64,000 bases of DNA from an uncultured virus (IMG/VR IMGVR_UViG_2770939491_000001) (Duplodnaviria; Heunggongvirae; Uroviricota; Caudoviricetes), in the IMG/VR virus record IMGVR_UViG_2770939491_000001; one strand, 5' to 3'. The notes beneath the pieces were generated by a model. That model was given only the letters and a program-made list of their open reading frames with translations. It was not told the DNA's origin and made no database searches. Positions 47,036 to 56,165 of this stretch are shown here, piece by piece; the first letter of the stretch is position 1, and each line of letters opens with the position of its first letter. The position numbers and the translations under genes are program-made.

Positions 47036-47797
47036 TCAGCCCGGTTCACGCAGCGCCGCCAGGTCCGTGACCATCACATTCTCGCTCATCGGCCGACCGT
47101 CCATGTCGAGGATGTGCACCTCGGTCCGGTAGTCGCGGCCGACCAGGGGCGCGTCGAGGCGGCAGTGGTAGTGGCCCGCGAATAGGCACTTCGGCCGGAC
47201 CTCGTCGACGACACGGCGCAGCAGTTCCCGGTGCCGTTGCGCGGCAGCGATCTCGGGCTCCGGGAACCCGTGCGGGTTGCCTTCGATGCACGGGATGCGG
47301 ACGCCGTCAGGTACGTCGTGACAGATCATGACGTCCGCTCGGCCACCGTTCGCCGCGGTGACTGCTTCGCCGATGGTGATGGTTTCGCGCGCCCACCATT
47401 CGCCGCGGGGCCGCCACGGCCGATCCACGGAGTGCGCGCCGCCGAGCGCAAGGAACGACACCCCCGACCAGGTCCACCTATACCCGCGGGGCAGGTAGAA
47501 GATGTTCGGGCGCATCGGGATCGCGGTTTGACCGTGTTCAGTGACTAGCGTGCCGAGTTTGTCGTGGTCGTCGTGGTTTCCGTCGGCGAAGCCCAGCAGC
47601 AGCCCGGTGTCCTCGAGCGCGCGCTGCACTCGGGCCATGAAGCTCGGCGCGAACTTATACGCGAAGTCGCCCACGTGCAGGATCGCCTGCGCGCCGTGCT
47701 CGGCCGCATACCGAATCGCCCGATCGGCATGGAAGCTGTTGCCGTGCCAATCGCCGGCGACCGCGACGCGCTGGGGATTGACGGATTCCCAGATCAC
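47036..47797 (-). CDS. Calcineurin-like metallophosphoesterase
   Basis: GDWHG, HVGDF, DGNHD, GGAHSVD, ICHD and GHYH motifs. Confidence 0.92.
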   Translation of the reverse strand: MIWESVNPQRVAVAGDWHGNSFHADRAIRYAAEHGAQAILHVGDFAYKFAPSFMARVQRALEDTGLLLGFADGNHDDHDKLGTLVTEHGQTAIPMRPNIFYLPRGYRWTWSGVSFLALGGAHSVDRPWRPRGEWWARETITIGEAVTAANGGRADVMICHDVPDGVRIPCIEGNPHGFPEPEIAAAQRHRELLRRVVDEVRPKCLFAGHYHCRLDAPLVGRDYRTEVHILDMDGRPMSENVMVTDLAALREPG

Positions 47798-47963
47798 GTG
47801 AGCTGTCCTTCGATTTCGCTACGACGATACAAGCCAGGAATGGAGTCTCCCTCTGCGAAATCGAAGAGAACTCCCACCGTGTCGCCTGAGACGTAAGCAA
47901 CTGTGGCCGCACGCTGCTGGCTGCTGTACGGAACCATGACCTTGTCGCCGGGTTTCATCACGA

Positions 47964-48152
47964 TCACCGCCGCCCTCCCCCGGCCATGGCGGCGATCATC
48001 ATCTCCACCAACCGCATGGCCTGGGCTTCGGTGAACCCGACGCCAGTGAGCGCGGTGTACTGGCCGTACACGGCCGCTGCCACTTGCCGAGCGTCCGAAG
48101 ACGGCTCGACAGGTGGGCCGCCGGTGAAGTCGGGGATACTCTCGAAGTTCAT
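47964..48152 (-). CDS. Small hypothetical protein
   Basis: YTALTGVGFTEAQAMRLV motif. Confidence 0.65.
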   Translation of the reverse strand: MNFESIPDFTGGPPVEPSSDARQVAAAVYGQYTALTGVGFTEAQAMRLVEMMIAAMAGGGRR

Positions 48153-48493
48153 GCGGCGCGGTCGATCGTGAAGTTGCCGATGTCGCGTGCCTTCTGGATG
48201 AGGGCGCCGATATCACCGAGGTCGCATGACGGATTGGACGCTGCCGCGAATCGCTTGTTCAGGTGTGTGATCAGCACCTGTGGTGTCGTGATTTCGGTCA
48301 GGTCACCGATCGCGGTGTCCTCGAACGGGCTTGGGCAGGAGCAACCGGCATCGTCGGCCATGTACAAGCGATGGGTGGTGTTGTTCTGCCAGACGACCGT
48401 GTAGTTGAAGCAGTAGTTGCCGTCGGAGAAGTCGAGCTCACCGACGATGCTGAGCCCGGACTTTTCGGGCGAGAAGTAGATGTTCGCACGCAT
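48149..48493 (-). CDS. Hypothetical protein
   Basis: YCFNYTVVW...DDAGCSCPSPFED. Confidence 0.7.
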   Translation of the reverse strand: MRANIYFSPEKSGLSIVGELDFSDGNYCFNYTVVWQNNTTHRLYMADDAGCSCPSPFEDTAIGDLTEITTPQVLITHLNKRFAAASNPSCDLGDIGALIQKARDIGNFTIDRAA

Positions 48494-48497
48494 TGGT

Positions 48498-49139
48498 TTA
48501 CTCCAGAACTCCGTCGGGGGTTGGTGCACCGATTAGTTGGCCCAGCATCCGGTAGTACTCAGGCGCCCAATGCATCCCGCATGCGAGGCACTCGGCGCTC
48601 GACAGGTTCGCGCGTAGAGCATACTGGCTCACCGTTTCTCCGGCACTGTCCTGCCCCGACACGATGGTTTCCCCGCACGACGGGCACGGCGCCCGCAGTT
48701 CCCACACGTGTTCGTCGTCGAGGAGTCGGCGGGCTCGCACCGCCCAGGTGTCGATGTCGCGGGCGAGCCTGCGCACGTACCCGACTTCTTCGGGCGCCCA
48801 GGCGTTGTCGGCGAGCGCGTACAGTCGGCGCACCGTCAGCTCTCGACCGGGCACCGCGGCGGCACCGATCGACCACTCCCCTACCCGGCGGTCGATCAGC
48901 TCGAGCAACGACAAAGCGTCCGACCAACCGGGCGCCCGTGAACCAGGTTCGGGGCGTCGCGCGCCACCGCCGTCGGCTCGTTCCCCGTAGCTGGCTTCTC
49001 GCAGCTGGTCGTAGAGCGAGTCCACGGGGATCGGTACTTGGCGGCCGTCGCGTTCGACGTGTTCGACCTGCATGCCGACGAGTGCGTGGACGGCGTCGGA
49101 GAGTGCGGCGCGGGCGCCGGCGACTAGCTCGTCATTCAC
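48498..49139 (-). CDS. Phage protein with C-terminal zinc ribbon (possible regulator)
   Basis: SLYDQLREA...PGSRAP; CPSCG...CLACG..W. Confidence 0.75.
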   Translation of the reverse strand: MNDELVAGARAALSDAVHALVGMQVEHVERDGRQVPIPVDSLYDQLREASYGERADGGGARRPEPGSRAPGWSDALSLLELIDRRVGEWSIGAAAVPGRELTVRRLYALADNAWAPEEVGYVRRLARDIDTWAVRARRLLDDEHVWELRAPCPSCGETIVSGQDSAGETVSQYALRANLSSAECLACGMHWAPEYYRMLGQLIGAPTPDGVLE

Positions 49140-49435
49140 GCTGTTCGTCGTCTCCTTCGCTGTAGGGCAGGATGCGGATCACCCCGTCGGCAGATGGGAC
49201 GAGCGGGTGAAATTTGGGCGTCGAGTAGTCACCCGGATTGACGGCCTCGGTGAGCGTTTCGATCGGTTCGCGGGAGCCGGTTGGGTCGGTCATTTCACGC
49301 TCCGCGGGTCGTGTTCGGTGTTCGCGGGGTCGGCGCCGCGGGTTCAGCATTCGCAGTCAGCCCAGTGCATTCCGCAGGTGACGCAGTTCTCGCCGTCCAA
49401 CCAGTCGAAGTCGTCGCCGACCTCATCACCAGTCA

Positions 49436-49744
49436 TCAGCGGCCGTATCCAAGGTTGTGGCGCCGTTCCTCCGCCTTACGGAGCGCTTCGTCAGTGTTCC
49501 CGGTGACGTACATGACGTTCGTGACCTTCGTCGACTGGGAGGCTTCGTACTTGGCTTTCCAGTCGGCGGCTTCTGCCTTGTACTGAAGTGCAACCAAGTC
49601 GGCGAATACCACCAGAATGGCGAACCCCGCGATCAGCCAACTGCCGGACAGCACATGCAGGAGCCCGATGGCAGGCCACACGATGAGGGATAGCTTTTCG
49701 AACCAGTGGGCGACCTGCCAGGCCCGGCGTACGTCGTTGATCAT
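49436..49744 (-). CDS. Membrane protein
   Basis: Two TM helices. Confidence 0.6.
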   Translation of the reverse strand: MINDVRRAWQVAHWFEKLSLIVWPAIGLLHVLSGSWLIAGFAILVVFADLVALQYKAEAADWKAKYEASQSTKVTNVMYVTGNTDEALRKAEERRHNLGYGR

Positions 49745-49926
49745 TTTTCGTTCTCCGTTTCGCCACCAAATAGGCGGGCGGGCGTGATGGCCCGGTTGTC
49801 GTGTTGGAGGGCGTGCGCTTTTTGGAGGGCCCGGATTTCGTCGTCAGCGAGGTGACGGCCGAGCCAGAGTTCGCAGCCGTGCGATACGCACGTGATTTTT
49901 TGCACGCCTTTGTCAATCGGTGTCAT
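49741..49926 (-). CDS. Small hypothetical protein
   Basis: 61 aa, coupled. Confidence 0.5.
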   Translation of the reverse strand: MTPIDKGVQKITCVSHGCELWLGRHLADDEIRALQKAHALQHDNRAITPARLFGGETENEK

Positions 49927-50179
49927 TGATACCCGCAGACGCTGCGACCACCGCGCCCAGAAATCGCGGCACCACGAACCACCAGGTCAACACCACCGTG
50001 ACGCCCGCGGCGACGCTAATTGCAGTCTTGACCATAGTCGTAATCGTCATCCTCGTATCCAAGCCACGGGAATTCCGGGTCAGTGCTCAACGGTTCAGTT
50101 TCGACGTATTCCGGGTCCATCGTTAGCCTCCTGTTCGGCCTATTCACAGAGTAAGACTCGCGTCAAACAGGGTTTACAC

Positions 50180-50217
50180 AAAAGAATGCCCGCCACCAGT
50201 AACAGCGGCGGGCATTC
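50180..50217 (-). terminator. Intrinsic terminator
   Basis: 11-bp stem gaatgcccgcc/ggcgggcattc followed by TTTT on the minus strand. Confidence 0.75.
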
Positions 50218-50225
50218 AGCGATTA

Positions 50226-50570
50226 TCAGGCGGCCTGATTCAGGATCTTCGTCGCTTCGGCACGCACCTCATCCCACCCGTGCGGCTTCTCCCCGTCACC
50301 GTAAAGGGCGTACAGGATGATATCGGTGCGCACGAACGCATCCACGATCTGTGCACGCCGCTGCTCCGCCTCACACAAAGCGCCGATCAGGTTGATCGTC
50401 TTATCGTCGGCGATCGCCCGCGCCTGCCAGGACCGGCGCGACATCCACACCCGCCGCAGCAGCGACGACAGCTCGTTCGTGGCGTGCCGACGGCCGTGCC
50501 GCTCACCGAAAATCACCGCGTTGTACAGGCGCGCCTGATACGGCGTAATCACTTCATCCATGTCAGACAT
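50226..50570 (-). CDS. Hypothetical protein
   Basis: 114 aa, ends just before the terminator. Confidence 0.6.
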   Translation of the reverse strand: MSDMDEVITPYQARLYNAVIFGERHGRRHATNELSSLLRRVWMSRRSWQARAIADDKTINLIGALCEAEQRRAQIVDAFVRTDIILYALYGDGEKPHGWDEVRAEATKILNQAA

Positions 50571-51414
50571 TGCAGCCTCCGATCAGCCCGTTCTGCTCCC
50601 ACCACGACACGTAGGTGTCGGTGAGCCAACGGCCGATCTCGGCGTGGTTGGGCTGTGGTGGCAAGTCGGCGGATTCGGCAAGTTGGTTCAGCTGGTCAAG
50701 GAGGTCTGCGGCCCGGGCGAGGGCTTCGTCCTTGGTGTGTTCGCCGCGGCGCAGCTCCTGCAGCCAGGTGCGGTCTGGTTCCGGGATCGGCAGCGTGACG
50801 CGGCCCGTGGTCAGGAGCTCCACGCCCTGCAGGCCGAGGCGCACCATGTGATAAGCGAACTTGGTGTCGAACCCGTACACGTCCACCAGCTCCGGCCGGT
50901 TGGTGTGCTTCTTCGACTTCACACCGAGCAGCTGGTCACGCTGGCTGATGAGGTACCCACCGAACCGCTGGGCAACCTGCCGCGACAGCCACCGTTCGGG
51001 GTTCGCTTGGATATCGCGGCCGATGTCGGTCTGGATGACGATCTCGGACGCGGGGATGAACGCTAGGAGGAGCACGGTCGGGTTGCCCTGCGCTGCAAGG
51101 GCGGACCACTTCCGCAGCGAGTACACCAACAGATCGAGGTCGCCGGCACCGGATCGAACACCTTCGGCTTGGGACCGGTAGATGTACTGCTCGAACAGCA
51201 CTTTGCCGTTGTTGGTTACCGGGATCGACGAAACGGGCGACTCGATGCAGACGCCCATTTCGTCGCGGTCGTCGTTGCCGGTGGTGACGCCGTGGAGCCC
51301 GGAGCCGACCTGGCCGAGGAGCACGGTGTTTCGGCGGGCGATCGCGGCGTGACGATCCGTGCCGTGCGGGTTGTCATTGGCACTGTTGTCGGGCCACTGG
51401 TAGGTGGTGGTCAT
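50563..51414 (-). CDS. Pol-beta-superfamily nucleotidyltransferase (RlaP-like)
   Basis: VGSGLHG...DDRDEMGV, YSLRKW, GNPT, RPELVDVYGFDTKFAYHMVRL. Confidence 0.85.
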   Translation of the reverse strand: MTTTYQWPDNSANDNPHGTDRHAAIARRNTVLLGQVGSGLHGVTTGNDDRDEMGVCIESPVSSIPVTNNGKVLFEQYIYRSQAEGVRSGAGDLDLLVYSLRKWSALAAQGNPTVLLLAFIPASEIVIQTDIGRDIQANPERWLSRQVAQRFGGYLISQRDQLLGVKSKKHTNRPELVDVYGFDTKFAYHMVRLGLQGVELLTTGRVTLPIPEPDRTWLQELRRGEHTKDEALARAADLLDQLNQLAESADLPPQPNHAEIGRWLTDTYVSWWEQNGLIGGCNV

Positions 51415-51665
51415 TCCCTGACCTTTCGTTGGATGACGTAGATGTGGTCGCCTTCGCAGGAGTAGCCGCCGTAGTACAGCCACGGGTCTGAGCCCTGTTT
51501 CATTGCGTCGGTGAGGGTTTCGTCGAGGTCTCCGAACCGGTCGGAGTTCTTGGCTTGGGTTCTCGCGTACTCGATGGCATCGGCACTGTTCTCAAACAGT
51601 TGGACGTCGACACCGAAATGCCGGTCCTGCCACACGACAACGGCGACGGTTCTCAGGTCGCTCAT
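51411..51665 (-). CDS. Hypothetical protein
   Basis: VVWQDRH...YSCEGD; coupled. Confidence 0.65.
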   Translation of the reverse strand: MSDLRTVAVVVWQDRHFGVDVQLFENSADAIEYARTQAKNSDRFGDLDETLTDAMKQGSDPWLYYGGYSCEGDHIYVIQRKVRE

Positions 51666-51732
51666 CGGTCCAGCCAGGCGAGCCACCCGCCGAACGCGAG
51701 GATGGCGATCAGGGCGAGCAGATGGATCCAGG

Positions 51733-52014
51733 TCATGCCGCACGCTCCACGATTTCCCAGGCGCTGATGGTGACCTGGCGGCGGGCGACGGCTACCTGGT
51801 ATCCGGCGTCGGCCAGCAGTTTCCGCTGGTTCCACACCGACACCGAGTCGGAGCCCACCGTGTGCTCTTCCCCTGTCTGCGGGTCGCGGTAGTGGAGCTG
51901 GTACTCCGGGCGCGATGTCGCGGACTCCCGGAGTTGCGGGACGTACGGTTCGTACCCCAGGTTGTCCATCGGTCCTCCTAGGAGCCGTACGAAACGGCCG
52001 ATGATCGTGGTCAT
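51733..52014 (-). CDS. Hypothetical protein
   Basis: 93 aa, coupled. Confidence 0.55.
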   Translation of the reverse strand: MTTIIGRFVRLLGGPMDNLGYEPYVPQLRESATSRPEYQLHYRDPQTGEEHTVGSDSVSVWNQRKLLADAGYQVAVARRQVTISAWEIVERAA

Positions 52015-52448
52015 GCTGCTTCTTCCTCTGCGGTGTAGGTGATTTCGAGCCACATCCGGCCGCCCTCGCCCTTCACGGGCGCGTGTATGACGGGTTCGTT
52101 TTTGGCCATGAATTCGGGGGTGTCGTCGGGGACCAGGCCGTAGCCGACGAGTGTCTTGCCGCCCGATGCCAAACCGTCGTAAAGCGGTTTAGCGGTTGCC
52201 GTGAGATTATCGGTGTCCCGGCGACGTCGGTCCCGGGGCTGGTAGTGCAGGCAAACGGTCGCGTACAGGAGCCCGCGGGGAAGGTTGTGGTGGATGGCGA
52301 GCGCGACCATGGTTTGCCGGAGTTCGCGGATCTTCGCCGCTTTCGCCATCGCCGCACCACGGGTGTAGCCGCGGTCGTTCATCGACAGCAGCGGTGCCGA
52401 CCACGGCAAGGCGATCGTCACAGTGACAGGGTTTGACTCGGTATTCAC
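52011..52448 (-). CDS. RusA-like Holliday junction resolvase
   Basis: LSMNDR...RRRDTDNL..TAKPLYDGL...VPDD. Confidence 0.85.
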   Translation of the reverse strand: MNTESNPVTVTIALPWSAPLLSMNDRGYTRGAAMAKAAKIRELRQTMVALAIHHNLPRGLLYATVCLHYQPRDRRRRDTDNLTATAKPLYDGLASGGKTLVGYGLVPDDTPEFMAKNEPVIHAPVKGEGGRMWLEITYTAEEEAA

Positions 52449-52708
52449 AGCGAGATCACCCTGTATGCGGCGTCGAAGGACTCGAATCTCTCATCGCAAT
52501 GAGGGCACCGCACCCGACCTGTGATCCGGATAGCGCTGACCCACCAGGCGTGTAGCTTGTCAAGACAGTTCGCACAGATCAGCCCTTCCTCGCATCCGTG
52601 TTTGTCGAGCCATAACGAGGCAGGCTGATCACCGGTATGCCAAGGAAACACGCAGTCAGGATGGTGTTCGAGGTCGGCAAGGACGACGTCGAGTACTGGC
52701 GCGGTCAC
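52445..52708 (-). CDS. Zn-binding paralog 3 of a tandem trio
   Basis: HGC...CANC...CPHC. Confidence 0.7.
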   Translation of the reverse strand: MTAPVLDVVLADLEHHPDCVFPWHTGDQPASLWLDKHGCEEGLICANCLDKLHAWWVSAIRITGRVRCPHCDERFESFDAAYRVISL

Positions 52709-52956
52709 AGTTCCCTCCAGGTGAGGTAGTCGTCGACAGCGGCGAATGACTCGGCGCATTCGGGGCATTTGATCGGTGCCTTCTTCGCGAACCCTTCACC
52801 GAGGGCAGTCAGGCAACCGGCGCACATGAACACGTCGCTGCAGTTGTGCACGTTCGCCCACAACGTCGCGATGGGTGCGGGTGCGAACGGCCCGTACAAG
52901 TGGATGTTGGACTCGCACAGGGGGTTCGGGAACAGGTCGGGCAGTGGGGCGGTCAC
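52705..52956 (-). CDS. Zn-binding paralog 2 of a tandem trio
   Basis: HNC...CAGC...CPEC. Confidence 0.7.
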   Translation of the reverse strand: MTAPLPDLFPNPLCESNIHLYGPFAPAPIATLWANVHNCSDVFMCAGCLTALGEGFAKKAPIKCPECAESFAAVDDYLTWREL

Positions 52957-53201
52957 AGCGCCTCCACGGTGATCATGTCGTCGATGACGGGGAACGACTG
53001 ATCGCACACCAGGCATCTCGGGTGCACGTACTGGCGGCATCGGCGCAGTTCGGCGCGGAAGCATTCGTTGCACAGCAGGTGCCGATCGCAGCCGTGCTGG
53101 TCGACCAACACGGTTGCGGCGCGTCCGCATTCGCCGTCGTCGAATTCGCAGCGAGGGTGGAAGTCGAGGTGGGCGATCGCGGTGAGGTCAGGGAAGGTCA
53201 T
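52953..53201 (-). CDS. Zn-binding paralog 1 of a tandem trio
   Basis: HGC...CNEC...CLVC. Confidence 0.7.
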   Translation of the reverse strand: MTFPDLTAIAHLDFHPRCEFDDGECGRAATVLVDQHGCDRHLLCNECFRAELRRCRQYVHPRCLVCDQSFPVIDDMITVEAL

Positions 53202-53524
53202 GAGGCGTTCTTCCGTGCGGGGTGCTTGGTGGTGTGCCAGTGCTGCCCGGACGGGCACTGGTAGGTGCGGGTCGGTCGAAGCCCGTTGGCGGTTCGGCGG
53301 AGGAATTTCGAGATCGCGGCGAGCGCTTCAGCTTCGGTGCCGTACCGGGTTTTGTGCGGGGTCGGGCACGGTGGTCGGGCGGCGTCGATCGTGTGTTTGT
53401 ACAGGCCGGCGACGGCGAGGGACCGGTCGCGGGAGGACACTTCGTGCCCGCACACGCAGACAGCAGACCAGGTGCCGCCCGCGAACTTGCGGACGTTGAC
53501 GAGGACGTGTCCGGTGCCGTTCAT
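53198..53524 (-). CDS. Small zinc-finger-like protein
   Basis: CVCGH; CPTPHKTRY...RTYQCPSGQHWHTT. Confidence 0.7.
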   Translation of the reverse strand: MNGTGHVLVNVRKFAGGTWSAVCVCGHEVSSRDRSLAVAGLYKHTIDAARPPCPTPHKTRYGTEAEALAAISKFLRRTANGLRPTRTYQCPSGQHWHTTKHPARKNAS

Positions 53525-53856
53525 GCGGCGAGCTCGTCGCGGCGGATCAGGGCGTTGTCGTCGCCGATGGGTTCGCATTCGGTGCGGTCGGCATACACTT
53601 TGCCGCCCCAGATGCCGGGGACACGGGATTCAGAGGTTGCGGCGAGCTGGTCGTGGAGTTCGCGGCAGGCGGTGTGTGCGGTGGCGGGGCATTTGCGGCA
53701 TTCGCGGAGCATTTCGTGGTGGCGTTTGTTGCGGCGGGTGTCGTCTTCGCCGTCGATGCGGAAGTCGAATTTGGAGGCCCGGTTGGCCCGCATCCAGGTG
53801 GTGTGTTCTTCGCTGCGGCAGGGGGCGCCTTCGAAGGGGTCGGGTTTGCGGGTCAT
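53521..53856 (-). CDS. WhiB-family transcription factor
   Basis: Four Cys (C...CxxC...C) and the GIWGG turn. Confidence 0.8.
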   Translation of the reverse strand: MTRKPDPFEGAPCRSEEHTTWMRANRASKFDFRIDGEDDTRRNKRHHEMLRECRKCPATAHTACRELHDQLAATSESRVPGIWGGKVYADRTECEPIGDDNALIRRDELAA

Positions 53857-54023
53857 TGGTACCTCACTGCGACGATGGGGGCGATCAGGGCGGCGAGAAC
53901 GATCAGCGGGGCGGCGATCAGATACCCGAGGAGCCGCAACAGGATGGGGGTTGTTGTGGTGTGTTTCCGCATGTGAGAGGCTCCTTCGGGATTCAAACCG
54001 GCTGTAATGTAAACCATACTTAG

Positions 54024-54046
54024 CGTAGAGTACGCTTTACTGTACG
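54024..54046. promoter_or_regulatory. Operator-like palindrome
   Basis: CGTAGAGTA-cgctt-TACTGTACG upstream of the WhiB operon. Confidence 0.65.
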
Positions 54047-54068
54047 GCAAGGTTTTGGCGATATGAGG

Positions 54069-54098
54069 AGGGGCGGGAACCTGTTGGTTCCCGCCCCT
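54069..54098 (-). terminator. Hairpin terminator
   Basis: 13-bp stem aggggcgggaacc/ggttcccgcccct with a 4-nt loop. Confidence 0.65.
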
Positions 54099-54128
54099 TC
54101 TGATGCGCTGCCAGTTACCTCGGGGCGA

Positions 54129-54443
54129 TCACGCTGCGTCCACAATCTGCTGCTTGCGTCGCGCCCACATCTTTCGAGCAGCCTGGGACCGGCGTTCGCG
54201 ATCCGCCTCTTCCTTCGCTTCCTGGTCGACGGCGGCGACCAGTTCGGCGCGTGCTTCCTCGATGCGGGTGAGCCGGGCTTCGGCCTGGGTCCTGATCGTG
54301 GTGATCTGGTTCAGGGCGTGCAGGTAGTCCCGCAGCGCCCGGTTCTGTGCGGTGCCGGTCGTCCAGTCGACGGCTTCGGCGAGTTCTTCGACGCGTTCGT
54401 AGATTGGGCTGGCGTACCCGCCGATGTGGTCGCTGATGCTCAT
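54129..54443 (-). CDS. Hypothetical helical protein
   Basis: 104 aa with RBS. Confidence 0.65.
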   Translation of the reverse strand: MSISDHIGGYASPIYERVEELAEAVDWTTGTAQNRALRDYLHALNQITTIRTQAEARLTRIEEARAELVAAVDQEAKEEADRERRSQAARKMWARRKQQIVDAA

Positions 54444-54853
54444 CGCAGTTTCCTTTCGGTGTTGATGCCGCGCAGTTCGGCGGCGAGTTGGTCAAAAACT
54501 CTGCGTTCGTGGGCGATAACGGTGTCCTCGAGCCAGGCTCGGGCGGTCCGGTCGTCGGCGACCCACATGAGGAAGTTGGCTTCGTCGGGGTCGACGCCGA
54601 GGACGTCCGCGGCTACCTGGTCGGCGAACCGGATCTGGTGGGTTGTGTTGTGCTGCACCTGGATTTGCCCGTAGGTGGCGTCTGGTGCACCGATCCACCG
54701 CCACCCGCCACTCAGGGTGACGGCCCATCCGCCGACGCCGAGTTCGATGTGCCCGCGGTCGGTGACGTGCCGGAAGTAGGACTGGTTGTAGCTGGCGCGG
54801 TCGCGGGTGATGTGGGTGAGGATGCGGCGCATGAGCGGGATGTTGTGAGCCAT
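54440..54853 (-). CDS. Hypothetical protein
   Basis: 137 aa, coupled. Confidence 0.6.
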   Translation of the reverse strand: MAHNIPLMRRILTHITRDRASYNQSYFRHVTDRGHIELGVGGWAVTLSGGWRWIGAPDATYGQIQVQHNTTHQIRFADQVAADVLGVDPDEANFLMWVADDRTARAWLEDTVIAHERRVFDQLAAELRGINTERKLR

Positions 54854-55051
54854 GTGGTGCACCAGGTTTCGTGAGGGCGGGTTAGGGGAGGTGGGTGTAG
54901 AGCTGGGCGAATCCGCCGTCGCGGGTAGCGCGGATCAGGGTGCCGTCGTGGCCGTTTCCTTCGCTGGCGACCGCGAGCGCCTCGGCTAGCAGGGCGCGCG
55001 CGTCGTCAGGGTCGACGGCGGCAATGTAGACGCTGATCTCGTTGCCGCTCA

Positions 55052-56011
55052 TCAGATGTGGCAGTCGACGTTGACGAGCCAGTCGCAGCGGTCGAGGCTG
55101 TCGATGTAGTCGTTGGCTGCGCGCAGGTAGCGGTCTGTCGTCTGGTCGGTGGCGTTGTCCATGCCGAACCAGCCCATTTCGCCGCGCGCCATCCACAGCC
55201 CGTCCTTCGTGAGGAAGGCGTAGCCGGGGACCGCCATGTCGCGGCGAAGCTGCTCGAACTCGTCGCGGGTCAGGTGATCGAAGGTGTCCTCCGGGCCGTC
55301 GAACCATCTCTTGTACGGTTCGGCGGCACGCAGCACGGCGATGCGCGGCTGTTCGCTGTAGTCCTTGCGCGCCTGATCCATGCTGTACTCGAGGCTTGCA
55401 TGGTAGGCGTCGCGGGCATCGTCGATGTGTCGCGTGATCGTGCGGGCGGCTTCCTCGCGCCGGGCGGACCGCGGGAGAGCGTCGACTTCTTCCTGGGTCA
55501 GCCCGGTTTCGGCGAGTGCGGTGGCACGCGCTTCGTCGTACATTTCGACCCACGGCTTCGGGGCGGCCTCCGAGGCGGCGTTGGCGCGGTCGAGGAACAC
55601 CTTCCACGGCTGGTGTTGTGGGGTGCCGTCGATGACCATCGCGTATTCGTTCCAGTCGAGCACAGCTTGGCGGCCTGCGATTTCGCGGGTGCGTTCGATG
55701 TCGATTGCGTGGATTCGTCCGCCGTCGCAATGGCCGAGCGGGATGGGCTTGTCCCTGTTCGTCCAGCTGGGTTCGCCGTGCACGAGGTTTTCGCGGAGGG
55801 CGCCCGGGGTCGCCTTCCATCGGCCGGTCCAGCGACCGCCGATGGTCCACCAGTCCCACTTGGCGTTCGGGTTACGCCAGTAGGTTTCGCCGTCCTCGGT
55901 AAATTCCTCGACTTCGAGGTTCTCGTCGAACGGGCGGAGCATGTTGGTCAGGTAGGACTGGATGTTGGCGGCGTTGTCGGGCAGGGCGACAGTGACAGTG
56001 AAGTGGCTCAT
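55052..56011 (-). CDS. Phage hypothetical protein
   Basis: MSHFTVTV...NPNAKWDWWTIGGRW...WMARGEMGWFG...VDCHI. Confidence 0.8.
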   Translation of the reverse strand: MSHFTVTVALPDNAANIQSYLTNMLRPFDENLEVEEFTEDGETYWRNPNAKWDWWTIGGRWTGRWKATPGALRENLVHGEPSWTNRDKPIPLGHCDGGRIHAIDIERTREIAGRQAVLDWNEYAMVIDGTPQHQPWKVFLDRANAASEAAPKPWVEMYDEARATALAETGLTQEEVDALPRSARREEAARTITRHIDDARDAYHASLEYSMDQARKDYSEQPRIAVLRAAEPYKRWFDGPEDTFDHLTRDEFEQLRRDMAVPGYAFLTKDGLWMARGEMGWFGMDNATDQTTDRYLRAANDYIDSLDRCDWLVNVDCHI

Positions 56012-56165
56012 CAAGTTTCGCTTTCTGTGGTGGTTCGTTGGTAGGGGCGGCGCCCGAGAGATGTGAGGGTCGATCTCGGGCGCCGCGCTCCTCGCTCCCC
56101 TATTGGCGGACGTCACGCGCTGGCGTCTGTGGGCGCCGCGGTCGCGCAGGGAAGGTTTCGGGGGG

